From a virus (Duplodnaviria > Caudoviricetes), in the IMG/VR virus record IMGVR_UViG_3300044609_000064, positions 1 through 26,044 of that record: 26,044 bases of DNA. One strand, written 5' to 3'. Positions 1 to 8,754 of this stretch are shown here, in pieces. The first letter of the stretch is position 1. Each line of letters begins with the position of its first letter. The notes beneath the pieces are model-generated. The model worked only from the letters and a program-made list of their open reading frames with translations. It had not been told where the DNA came from and did not search any database. A program made the translations under genes and the position numbers.

Positions 1-2160
1 TGAGCGTTTAATCATTACCCACCTCGGCCTAAACCCGGTATAAACAAACGGCCCATCTGCGCTGCCGTTGCCGGTGTAGCTGCCGAAACTAGAGTACCCG
101 GCTACTGGGGCGAAGCAGTAGGCGACGTACGTGTTGCCGGAATTGTTAACGCTGTAGCCGCTGCCCAGTAATGACATCACCGTAGATGACGGAGCAGCTT
201 GCATTACAGGGGAGTTGCTTGATGTTGCAGCAGTGCTATTTAATGACAGTGCATTACCTGTGCCAAAGGTAGTTAACCAAACACGCCAATCAAATGCAGC
301 ACCTCTATCTTTGATGATTACAAAACCTGGAGCTACGCCCAGCCCGTGTCCCACAGTGGCGCCGGTAGTTGCATTCCCCGTATAAGTAACAATCGAGAAC
401 CCCGCACTTGCATTAGCCCTCACCTGACTAGAGATGGAGCCTTGTGTGTTTGTGACGGTGGAGCTGCCGGCGTCCCAGCACCAGGCGACGTAGGTGGTTG
501 AGGTGCCATTTACTCCGGTGCTACTGCCAAGGTTGAAACCGTCTGAATTGAACTGAGTAAGTGTGTTGGCGTCTGTGTCTTCAGCATCAGTAGCGTTGCT
601 GAACAAAAGCTTTGTAGCGCCACGTACTTGATCGAGTAAGCGATGGCTGGCTGCAGAACTGCGGCTCTTGATCCACACCAGATCCGGGCTCATATCCAAG
701 CCGCTGATCGTCTGCGTGCTGCCATTGCCCGTGTAAAGCTTCACATCCATCACCGTGGAAGGCTTTGTGACTACTGGGGCGGGCAGGTTTGCTGTGCAGA
801 GCGCCTTGAAGCCGCTGGGGGCGGTGTAGGCGAAGGGGCGTTGGCCGAAGTTGGCGGATGCAGTAATTGATGCGGCGTTATCAGGTTCACCTACAACAGG
901 GAAGAACGTTCCCGATAAACCTGAAAATGCTTGACCTTGACTTGATCCATTTTTGTAAAATGTGATGGTTCCAGCGTCAAGATCCAACGCAACACCAATC
1001 ACATCATTTGTGGCAAATGACGCCCCATAAGAGGTAAATGTGCCGTTATTGCCCTTGTACTGATCGCTTTCGTAAATGTACGCACCAGCACTGCCGCCAA
1101 TGCCTTCACCGTTAGGAGTGTCAGAATCTTTACAAACGCCAATTTGCGGACGACCAGAGCCGCCAGTAGGCGTAATTTCCCAGTACCACTTTCCGCTGGA
1201 AACTCCAACAGTACCAACTCCGGCAGGAAACCCTACAGAGGTAGTGGAAATATCAAGGTTTCCATTGGAAAAAGTTGCCGTACTGCCAAGAACCTTGAGA
1301 GGATTAAACGTGCAATAATTCCCCCGCACCTCGCCACCAGCGCCTGCATCGGTGCCGTAAGAAGTCGGGGTGTCTACGAGGGAATCGTTGCCTGCACCAG
1401 CGGTGACACTGAGGTTGTTCGGTGTCCAGTTATTGCCGTTGCCACTGGTGTCTTTACCCAGGGTGGTGGCGGTGTTGTTGCTGTTATCCGCAAACTTGAG
1501 CTGGAAGCCATTGGTGCCGTAGCTGCCGCTGTACGCCTTGGGCACCCATTGACCGGTGGTGGCGTTGGTTTCGGCGAAGCTTGATGGTGTTAGGGCTTGG
1601 CCGTCGATGAAGTGGATGTCGGCGAGGTAGCCGGAGAAATATTCATTAGCAGAACTTGATGCGCCTATGTAATGAGCAATGGTATTGTTAAATTGAGTAT
1701 CTGCGTTTTGTGATGGGTAGTTTGTATTAGCAAAAACAGTGACCTGAGTACCATTAACATACATCTTGATGCGATCTGCCGCCGTTGCTTGCGTAGTATC
1801 TACTGCCACAATGATGTGATACCAGGCTGAAGCATCCCTGAATACTTGAGCGCTATAAGTGCCTTCAGACACACCAGCAGTAAACGTAACTTGCAGTCGA
1901 TCTACGTAAGTGCCAGAAGCGCCAAATGTGATGGCTCCCCAAGGAGATCCAGACCGTGCCGCAAAAAGGTATGCGTCGCCCGCAGTAGCAAGCGCACTTC
2001 TTTTAATCCATGCAGAAAACGTCCACGTCTTCCTGTTGCCCGCTGAAGCAGGCGTTCTGGACAAGTAGGCACTGTCACTTGAATTGAATCGAAGCGACCT
2101 GGCCACCTGATACCCACCGAGATCAGCGCCAAGCAGTAGGCTGTTGTTGAGGATGCTCAT
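1..2160 (-). CDS. Putative tail adhesin/receptor-binding protein with ConA/LamG-like and SPRY-like domains and YTGNG repeats (3' end outside window)
   Basis: Absent from the ORF track because it runs off the edge. ATG at 2160 overlaps the TGA of the fibre gene (ATGA). Manual translation: MSILNNSLLLGADLGGYQVARSLRFNSSDSAYLSRTPASAGNRKTWTFSAWIKR..., a SPRY-like GKWYWE...DVIGVALDLDAGTITFYKNG...NFGQRPF, then KLYTGNGS / VTYTGNAT / GSYTGNGSADGPFVYTGFRPRWVMIKRS. Confidence 0.85.
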   Translation of the reverse strand, partial: MSILNNSLLLGADLGGYQVARSLRFNSSDSAYLSRTPASAGNRKTWTFSAWIKRSALATAGDAYLFAARSGSPWGAITFGASGTYVDRLQVTFTAGVSEGTYSAQVFRDASAWYHIIVAVDTTQATAADRIKMYVNGTQVTVFANTNYPSQNADTQFNNTIAHYIGASSSANEYFSGYLADIHFIDGQALTPSSFAETNATTGQWVPKAYSGSYGTNGFQLKFADNSNNTATTLGKDTSGNGNNWTPNNLSVTAGAGNDSLVDTPTSYGTDAGAGGEVRGNYCTFNPLKVLGSTATFSNGNLDISTTSVGFPAGVGTVGVSSGKWYWEITPTGGSGRPQIGVCKDSDTPNGEGIGGSAGAYIYESDQYKGNNGTFTSYGASFATNDVIGVALDLDAGTITFYKNGSSQGQAFSGLSGTFFPVVGEPDNAASITASANFGQRPFAYTAPSGFKALCTANLPAPVVTKPSTVMDVKLYTGNGSTQTISGLDMSPDLVWIKSRSSAASHRLLDQVRGATKLLFSNATDAEDTDANTLTQFNSDGFNLGSSTGVNGTSTTYVAWCWDAGSSTVTNTQGSISSQVRANASAGFSIVTYTGNATTGATVGHGLGVAPGFVIIKDRGAAFDWRVWLTTFGTGNALSLNSTAATSSNSPVMQAAPSSTVMSLLGSGYSVNNSGNTYVAYCFAPVAGYSSFGSYTGNGSADGPFVYTGFRPRWVMIKRS

Positions 2161-4709
2161 TTAACGTCCGAGATCAGGCGGGCAGTGATACGAGTGGCGC
2201 TCTCGACGTAATAAGCGATCACGTCCACAGCAGAGGCCGTTGTGGTGAGTGTAGGTGCGGTGCCGCCGGGGAACTTCCAGTTGCTGCCGTAGGCCAATGT
2301 GCGGCTGCCGGTGCCGTCCTGCGTGATCACAATCGTGCCAGCTTGGCCAGCGGTGAGGTTGCTGGGGTTAGCGAGGGTGCGGTTGCCGCCAAGTGTGACG
2401 CTGAAGTTGTTGCCCGCTGCAAAGTCCGGCGTGATTGTCGCGCCATCGGTCAGCGCCACCACGCTGCCGCGTTGCGCTGCCGTGAAGCTCTGCGCGGTTG
2501 CCAGTGCCGCATAGCCCGAGATCGTCTGGCCGGCCGCGAAGGTGATCGCGCCGGTCATCGTCCCGCCGGTCTTCGGCAGGGCAGCGTTCGCCAAGTCGTA
2601 GGCCGACTTCACCGCGTTCGGTGTCGCCGCTGTTGTAGTGCTTGTGCTACTGGTGGAATCAGTCAGCTGAACTACGCCCACTACGCTGGTAGTGCCAGCT
2701 GCAATTTTGCTTCCACTGATCGCAGCGCTGGCGTTAATATCAGCATCAACAATGACGCCGCTGGAAATAGCGGTTACGCCGGTATTGCTGATCGTAACAT
2801 CACCAGTTACCGCAGTGCTGGTAGCAATGTTTGCACCGCTTCCTAAAACAATGTTGCCGCTGGTTAGTGTCGCCAACTTGCTGTAATCAATCGCGGCACC
2901 GGAGGCAATATCCGCATTAACAATCGTGCCATCAGCAATCATCGTGCTAGTGACCGTGCCAGTATCACCGGTTGTGACAACCGTTCCAGTGACGTTCGGC
3001 AGCGTGATCGTGCGATCAGCCGTTGGGTCAGTGACGGCTAAGGTCGTCTCAAAATCGTCTGCTGTGGAGCCCTCAAACGCGAGGCTTCCAGTAGTGCCGA
3101 TCAATACTTGGCCGGTAACGGTGCCACCAGCCTTTTCTAGCTTGTCATCATCAAGCTCTTGCAGAGCGGATTGAACGTTGGTTGCGATAATCCCGCCGTA
3201 TGGCGTAAAACTAATGTTGGTTGCTGTTTGACCTGCAATAGCGTTAGATACGTCGATCAGATCCCACGATGTGCCGTTCGACAGGATCATGTCTGGCGGC
3301 GCCAGTGGCTCTGCCGGTGCGTTACCAGAACCAGTGCCCGAATCCGAAACAACCAGGTAGTACCGGCTATTTGATGAAGATGCAGCAGGCAGTGCCGCGC
3401 TAACGGTCAAACCAACGGCGCCACCGGCAGAAGTAATAGAAGCGACCTGATTAACGCTTGCATTGTAGGTGCCTGCGTAGATCAGCTCGCCAGAAATAAT
3501 GGTAACTGGCAGCCACGCAGAGCCAGACCAGATATAAAGGTCTTGGTTGAGTTCGTCGTAAAAGTATTGCCCTTTGAACTGAGCGTTCGGGAAGGTAACG
3601 ACGCCGGCTGTACTGCCGGCACCACCAAACAGAACTGTCGATTCGTTGGCAATTTTTGCGCCGGTAATAGCACTATTGGCGATCAGCGACGTGCCAAACG
3701 TACCGGTTGTGATTTTGCTTGCATCTAGCGCCGGGATATCCGTATCCGCCAGCGATGCGGATGCAGTAATTAAACCGCTGCTGTTGTAGGTAACCTTTGT
3801 GGCTGTTGCACCGGCAACAGTGTTTGAAATACTGAGAACACCGCTGCCGTCAGCAGATAATCCAGTGCCGACAGAAACTGATCCACGGACGCCAGTGGCA
3901 GCAATCGGCAAATTTGATGCTGTAAGCAGCGGAATATCTGTCGCTGTTAAAGCTCGAAAACCGGGAACAGCATTGGCGCCAGATGTGGGACCCGCAAGAA
4001 CTGTATTGGGTGCCTGAGCTAAAAATTCACTGCCGTCAAGATCGTTCGCCAGTTTTGCGGCGGTAACAGTGCCGTCAGCGATCTTTGCTGCAGTTACCGC
4101 CGCAGAACCAAGGGCGGTGGTGTCGACTGCACCCGTAGCAAGTTTTGCCGAGGTTACGCCGTCATCTGCGATCTTGGCTGTAGTAACAGCACCATCAGCC
4201 AGCTTGGAGCTAGTGATCGAGCCATCGGCAATTTGAGTGTCACCAAGGACCCCAGGTGCAATCTTCGCGGCTGTGATCGAGCCATCGGCAACCTTTGCTG
4301 TTGTGACGGCGTTGTTTTGGATCGCAGCGGTATCAACTGCGTTATCAGCCAGCTCACTGCTTCCAATCGCGTTAGCTGCGATTTCTGTAGCGGTTACGGC
4401 GTCGGCGGCAATCTTCGCGGTGGTGACTGCGCCGTCGTTGATTTTTGCGGTCGTTATACCGCTATCTGTTAGCTGGGTAGTGCCAACAACTCCGGTGCCT
4501 ATTTGAGTTGCGGTAACCGAGCCGTTTTGCAGCTTGGCGCCAGGGATGGTGTTGTTGGCAATGGAGCCGATGCCGGAGGTAACCGCATCCGCCAGCGTGA
4601 TTTTCTTGGTTTCGGCAGTGCTTACGTCCGCAACGGGCAGCACATCGACAGTGGCCTGCGCATCTGCGGCAAGCAACGCGTTGAGTTGCGTAATTTTTTG
4701 GTCGGCCAC
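2157..4709 (-). CDS. Tail fibre protein
   Basis: 850 aa, Thr/Ala/Gly/Ser-rich, GTG start. MADQKITQL N-terminus, tandem DGAVTTAKIA-type repeats, a tail-fibre-repeat motif (GVVQLTDSTSSTSTTTAATPNAVKSAYDLA) and a C-terminal ITQDGTGSRTL...WKFPGGTAPTLTT domain. Confidence 0.85.
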   Translation of the reverse strand: MADQKITQLNALLAADAQATVDVLPVADVSTAETKKITLADAVTSGIGSIANNTIPGAKLQNGSVTATQIGTGVVGTTQLTDSGITTAKINDGAVTTAKIAADAVTATEIAANAIGSSELADNAVDTAAIQNNAVTTAKVADGSITAAKIAPGVLGDTQIADGSITSSKLADGAVTTAKIADDGVTSAKLATGAVDTTALGSAAVTAAKIADGTVTAAKLANDLDGSEFLAQAPNTVLAGPTSGANAVPGFRALTATDIPLLTASNLPIAATGVRGSVSVGTGLSADGSGVLSISNTVAGATATKVTYNSSGLITASASLADTDIPALDASKITTGTFGTSLIANSAITGAKIANESTVLFGGAGSTAGVVTFPNAQFKGQYFYDELNQDLYIWSGSAWLPVTIISGELIYAGTYNASVNQVASITSAGGAVGLTVSAALPAASSSNSRYYLVVSDSGTGSGNAPAEPLAPPDMILSNGTSWDLIDVSNAIAGQTATNISFTPYGGIIATNVQSALQELDDDKLEKAGGTVTGQVLIGTTGSLAFEGSTADDFETTLAVTDPTADRTITLPNVTGTVVTTGDTGTVTSTMIADGTIVNADIASGAAIDYSKLATLTSGNIVLGSGANIATSTAVTGDVTISNTGVTAISSGVIVDADINASAAISGSKIAAGTTSVVGVVQLTDSTSSTSTTTAATPNAVKSAYDLANAALPKTGGTMTGAITFAAGQTISGYAALATAQSFTAAQRGSVVALTDGATITPDFAAGNNFSVTLGGNRTLANPSNLTAGQAGTIVITQDGTGSRTLAYGSNWKFPGGTAPTLTTTASAVDVIAYYVESATRITARLISDVK
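4040..4560 (-). repeat. Tandem ~10-aa (30-nt) repeats in the fibre shaft
   Basis: DGAVTTAKIA, DGSITAAKIA, DGSITSSKLA, DDGVTSAKLA, DGTVTAAKLA etc. The DNA repeat gtgatcgagccatcggcaa occurs at ~4213 and ~4273. Boundaries approximate. Confidence 0.85.
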
Positions 4710-4739
4710 TGCTTAAGAAACCACCGCTATCGCCCAAGT

Positions 4740-5669
4740 CTAATCTGGAGTCTCCAAAAGCACGCCAAAGCCCGATTCCTGCAGGATCCGATCATATGGC
4801 GCCTGCTCTTGCAGCAAGTAGGACACCGGAGTGCTGAAGACCAACTGAATCGGACCTGTAGTAACAAACGTTATCCTGCTGTGAATTGGCTGATCAGCAA
4901 TTAGCTCTGTCGCAACAGACGTAATAATACAATCGGCCGTATAAAACAGTTCGCGGCTAGCCTCGGACGCATCAATTAGCGTGCCAATAGGGACAGTCTG
5001 TGACCGCTTCATTAAAAACACGCCTGTAAATTTTGCACCTATTTGCTGCCGTAATGCTAATCGGTGCATGTAAATTGCCGACTCCTCTTGGCCTGAGTAA
5101 ACAGGAGCACCGCCTCTCCATGTCGTATCAAAAAAGCAATCAAGTTCGCCGCTTCCTGATACCAGCGTGCTCATTTGTTGCTTGAAAGAATCCCCTAGGC
5201 TCGTGTAATCAGCAACATCTCGATCTGTATTCAGCACCCAGCTAACAGTTTGCGCTAAATAGTCGGCGCCACTTTGTACGATCTCGTAACTAACGCGGTA
5301 AGTTGAGGCTGGAGTGGCTAGTGCAATGGCATCGGCATATGTGTTGTTTATAGCTGATCGCCAGTTATCAAAAAGCCGTATTCCACCAACGCTGTCAGCA
5401 TTGACGTACCACTGCCCATCATTCCGCCGCGTGTTATCAACCCATCCAGAAGGGTCTACAAAATCAAGCAAGCTGGAACTGGCTTGACCTGACTCCTCTA
5501 CGCGTCGAATCCAAATCTGATCTCCTGTAATCAGAGCTGAGCCGGCGTCTGCAAAGCCAAAGCGTTTGTTTCCAGGATCGACTTCGGAGGAATTGATGTA
5601 TGTATAAATGCGCTCGGATTCGGGGCGCCCGATGCGAATGCCGCCAGCTTCACCAATCCAGATAGCCAT
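4740..5669 (-). CDS. Tail-tube-like minor structural protein with inserted domain
   Basis: 309 aa. C-terminal half QTVSWVLNTDRDVADYTSLGDSFKQQMSTLVSGSGELDCFFD...SRITFVTTG aligns by eye with the major tail protein core. Confidence 0.65.
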   Translation of the reverse strand: MAIWIGEAGGIRIGRPESERIYTYINSSEVDPGNKRFGFADAGSALITGDQIWIRRVEESGQASSSLLDFVDPSGWVDNTRRNDGQWYVNADSVGGIRLFDNWRSAINNTYADAIALATPASTYRVSYEIVQSGADYLAQTVSWVLNTDRDVADYTSLGDSFKQQMSTLVSGSGELDCFFDTTWRGGAPVYSGQEESAIYMHRLALRQQIGAKFTGVFLMKRSQTVPIGTLIDASEASRELFYTADCIITSVATELIADQPIHSRITFVTTGPIQLVFSTPVSYLLQEQAPYDRILQESGFGVLLETPD

Positions 5670-6097
5670 CAGCCCAGGTTAGCGGTGGTGAGGGCGCCGC
5701 AGACAGTAAACGTAATGTTGGCTTGGATAATTTCGCCAGTAGTGGCGCTAATTTCCACAGTATTCAAAGCGCACTTAAATTTCACTGCACGATTAGTGCT
5801 GCCTCCAGAAAATCGCAGTTCCAAGATGTGCGTGGGTTCCGTGGGTGTCTGCGTGGTTCGTACCACGTCGGTCAGCAGTCCGCTGCCATCAATCAGATTA
5901 GATGCGTTTTCGTAGTAAAAAATAATGGCGCTTCCGTTAAATGACTGTACGCCGTACACGTAGTTACGGGCAAAGTCGCCGAGGCTGGTGGTCTCCAGTA
6001 CGTCGGCGTTAGCCGAAAAGCTCCAGTTGCTGACGCGGGCAACCTTTACGTCGTCCACGTACAAGGCGCCATCAATACCGGTGTACTGCTTAGCCAT
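5669..6097 (-). CDS. Tail-tube-like protein (minimal fold)
   Basis: 142 aa. YTGIDGALY...RVSNWSFSANADVLETTSLGD...GVQSFNGS...ANITFTVCG is a typical siphovirus tail-tube pattern. Confidence 0.7.
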   Translation of the reverse strand: MAKQYTGIDGALYVDDVKVARVSNWSFSANADVLETTSLGDFARNYVYGVQSFNGSAIIFYYENASNLIDGSGLLTDVVRTTQTPTEPTHILELRFSGGSTNRAVKFKCALNTVEISATTGEIIQANITFTVCGALTTANLG

Positions 6098-6140
6098 GTA
6101 CGGTGTGTGCTGCAGGCTTTGAAACCATCGTAGCCACAGC

Positions 6141-6521
6141 CTAAGCTTTGACCGCTAAAAGAGTAATTGAGGCATTTCCAATGCCCGGTGCAGTCCATTC
6201 GATGGTTGGCGGACCCGAATAGCGCCACTGGTAGCCGGATGGGGTTACGCCGGCGTAGCTTGTCATTCCGGCAAATATGTCTGCCGGTAAATCGAAAACC
6301 TCATAGGTGCCTTTGGCGGTGGCGTAGTGATTAGTGATCTGTAGAAACACGGCTTCAATCAGATTCTGGAAGCCGAGCGACAGCGTTGCACCAACAGGGT
6401 TTGGGCCAAGCAGCACACGCGCTTCATACCCGGATAACGCAGTAAAAGATTGAACCGGCTGTGAACCGGGAGTCCAGGTCCGCGAGGATGGTTTGATGCT
6501 GGGGAAGGCTGCGACTGCCAT
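6141..6521 (-). CDS. Putative distal tail (Dit / lambda gpM-like) protein
   Basis: 126 aa. FPSIKPSSR...SGYEARV...LSLGF...HYATAKGTYEVFDLP...WRYSGPP pattern, located in the tail-tip module. Confidence 0.55.
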   Translation of the reverse strand: MAVAAFPSIKPSSRTWTPGSQPVQSFTALSGYEARVLLGPNPVGATLSLGFQNLIEAVFLQITNHYATAKGTYEVFDLPADIFAGMTSYAGVTPSGYQWRYSGPPTIEWTAPGIGNASITLLAVKA

Positions 6522-6523
6522 GA

Positions 6524-8305
6524 TCAGATACCAGTGAGCATGTCTAAAGCCACCTGGCTAACACCAGTAGCTGTGGTTGGGAAGTGGGTTGCTTCCACCC
6601 TAAAAACACCATCTGCGCCTTCCGCCACTGTATCGACTTGGTAAAAGATCGTTTTGTTTTCGCCGCCAGCAACACTGGAGCCGTAATCCCAGGTGACGTT
6701 GATGATGTCCGTAGACGCTAAGTTGCCAATTAGCGCGGTTGTTTGAAATGACACAGTGTGAGTGATGAGCTTGCGGCTAGCAAGGATGTAGCGACCAATC
6801 AGCGTTGCGTGGTTTTCTGTGGTGCAGAATTCTTCCATGTCGTATTGCTCAAATGGTCCATCTATTGCAGTGCCTGCGTAGCGAACTTCGTTAGTTTTAG
6901 GTGTGCCGTAGACCGATTCTGTTTGTGAGCGCCACGTCATCAGCGCACAGAAAGGCTTGCGCTGGTTGATGTCGATGTACTCTTTCAGGTACGTGCCTGC
7001 AACGATATTTGCGTCACTAAAGGTGTACGCAGGGGTGATTGCCGCTGTGCTGACGTTAAAAGAACCATCCAAGGGCAGCACAGGCCGCAACCCAAATTTG
7101 CCATTGATTTGTACAAAACGAAGCAGGAATAGCGGTGCAACGCGCGTTAAGTAATCGCGCAGGTTTACGCTATTTGCAAGCACGCCGTTGAAAAATAGCT
7201 GATACTTTGCGTTGAACCCTTCAGCCCCTTGAAATGACGGTAGATCAATAAGCCGTATAGATACCTTGTTTGCATTTTTGAGTAGGTAGTACGCAAGATC
7301 TGGGAAGCTGCAACTGCTGCCGCTGCCACCTAGAACGCGATCAACCTGTACGCCGTTGCGCACGAAGCAACGCACTTGCTGCTTATAGATACCTGTCTCC
7401 GCGTCCACGGCATAGCGTCCCTTGACGGCAAGAATACTCATGCCGGCAAACGAGCCACCCGAGCCTGCGAACAGTGGTAGGTTGGTTACGGCACCAGGGA
7501 TCTGGGGTGTTGTGACCGTTGTTGTTACTCGATATGTATAAGAGAGCGCAGAAAAGACCAAGTACGCGGGATTTGGCCAGTATCCGCTAAAGGATGTGTC
7601 AATTGTTAGCGTGAAATTAACAGGCGATGGAAAGGAAAAAGATCCGCTGAAATCAGTGCTTTCAGTTAAACCGCTCCCATCAATTAAAGAGCCATTGCTG
7701 CGAGCTGCCCAGCGGTGGAAATAATTAACAGCAGCTGATGGACTTGTAGTAATCTTTGAGTCGCTAAAGCTAAATGCTGTGCATCCTGCAACAGTAATCG
7801 TATAGGAATTACCAGAAAAGCTAAATGAAACGTTTGTATTCGCGTAGCTGTAGGTTTGGGTATTGGTTGTTGATGTAGCTGGTGTGTCTGGCCCGATTGA
7901 TGTCAGCGTATAGTTATAACCGCTTGTAGGAAGCGTGTTATAAGCGTTGGTGATTCCATAGCCAGATAGCGTGTTGACTCTGATTGGCCCTTTCCAGACA
8001 TCAGACTCGGCAATTGCTGGAATCTGCCCATCGCTGATGACAAGTCCAAACGCAAAGTAGTCACCTGTGTTGGCGTTTTCTTCAACGCCAAAGCGAACAG
8101 CAGGCGGCGTTACCCATGCGCCACCAACGCCACCGGTTTGCCTGCAGAACACCAACGGTATAGAGTTGCCGGTTGCCGCAATGCGCTGCTGCGCCGTAGC
8201 GCCCTGCTCAACGGTAAGCAACGCTGCCAGCTCATCCTTGCGCAGGTTGGTCGTGATCGGAGCTGATGCGCTTTGCGGCGCGATGTAGTTCGGGTTGCTT
8301 GTCAT
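6524..8305 (-). CDS. Tail tip / baseplate hub protein (lambda gpJ N-terminal-like)
   Basis: 593 aa. AATGNSIPLVFC start, FPDLAYYLL and FFNGVL...LRDYLTRVAPLFLLRFVQINGKFGLRP hub-like motifs, downstream of the tape measure gene. Confidence 0.65.
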   Translation of the reverse strand: MTSNPNYIAPQSASAPITTNLRKDELAALLTVEQGATAQQRIAATGNSIPLVFCRQTGGVGGAWVTPPAVRFGVEENANTGDYFAFGLVISDGQIPAIAESDVWKGPIRVNTLSGYGITNAYNTLPTSGYNYTLTSIGPDTPATSTTNTQTYSYANTNVSFSFSGNSYTITVAGCTAFSFSDSKITTSPSAAVNYFHRWAARSNGSLIDGSGLTESTDFSGSFSFPSPVNFTLTIDTSFSGYWPNPAYLVFSALSYTYRVTTTVTTPQIPGAVTNLPLFAGSGGSFAGMSILAVKGRYAVDAETGIYKQQVRCFVRNGVQVDRVLGGSGSSCSFPDLAYYLLKNANKVSIRLIDLPSFQGAEGFNAKYQLFFNGVLANSVNLRDYLTRVAPLFLLRFVQINGKFGLRPVLPLDGSFNVSTAAITPAYTFSDANIVAGTYLKEYIDINQRKPFCALMTWRSQTESVYGTPKTNEVRYAGTAIDGPFEQYDMEEFCTTENHATLIGRYILASRKLITHTVSFQTTALIGNLASTDIINVTWDYGSSVAGGENKTIFYQVDTVAEGADGVFRVEATHFPTTATGVSQVALDMLTGI

Positions 8306-8754
8306 ATTTTGGGCGGCTCTCCGATCAGCGTAGTTGTGAATTTGCGCGGCGGCGCCTGGGCTTCAACGGGATTCAGGCTAGATCCAATTTGGATCGAAAT
8401 CGACGTTTCATTCTGGCTTGCGCTGATCAGCTCGCCAATGTAACTAGCAAATAGCGTTTTAGCTGTTGGTGGTGCTCCGTTAGTTGTTGGCGTGAAGTAG
8501 TAGAAACTTAGCTCAACAAAATAGCCATTAGCTAGACCGGTTTCAACAATGCTGACAATATCATTGCTGGCCGCAAAATCAACGCTCAGGCTTTGCTGCC
8601 CGCCGGTTGCATTGGAGATAATAGCGTTGACATTAAACGGATAGAACGTGTGACTATCAACAATCTGGTTTGGCCAATAGCTTTGATAGCGAGCAGCAAG
8701 GCTGTTGTAGTCGGCTTGCCTGAAGGCTAGAAAGCTAGCAATCCCAATCGTCAT
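8302..8754 (-). CDS. Minor tail protein (gpL/hub-like)
   Basis: 150 aa, ATGA-coupled to the tape measure gene, ends ...SSLNPVEAQAPPRKFTTTLIG. Function inferred from position. Confidence 0.5.
   Translation of the reverse strand: MTIGIASFLAFRQADYNSLAARYQSYWPNQIVDSHTFYPFNVNAIISNATGGQQSLSVDFAASNDIVSIVETGLANGYFVELSFYYFTPTTNGAPPTAKTLFASYIGELISASQNETSISIQIGSSLNPVEAQAPPRKFTTTLIGEPPKI

Noticed and set aside
643-2132. Short ORFs on both strands listed in the track over 643-2132
   Set aside because: Shadows of the long minus-strand adhesin frame (1-2160), which the track missed because it lacks a stop in the window.
1-4709. Diversity-generating retroelement or invertase-driven fibre switching
   Set aside because: No reverse transcriptase, recombinase, template/variable repeat pair or inverted cassette is visible in the window.
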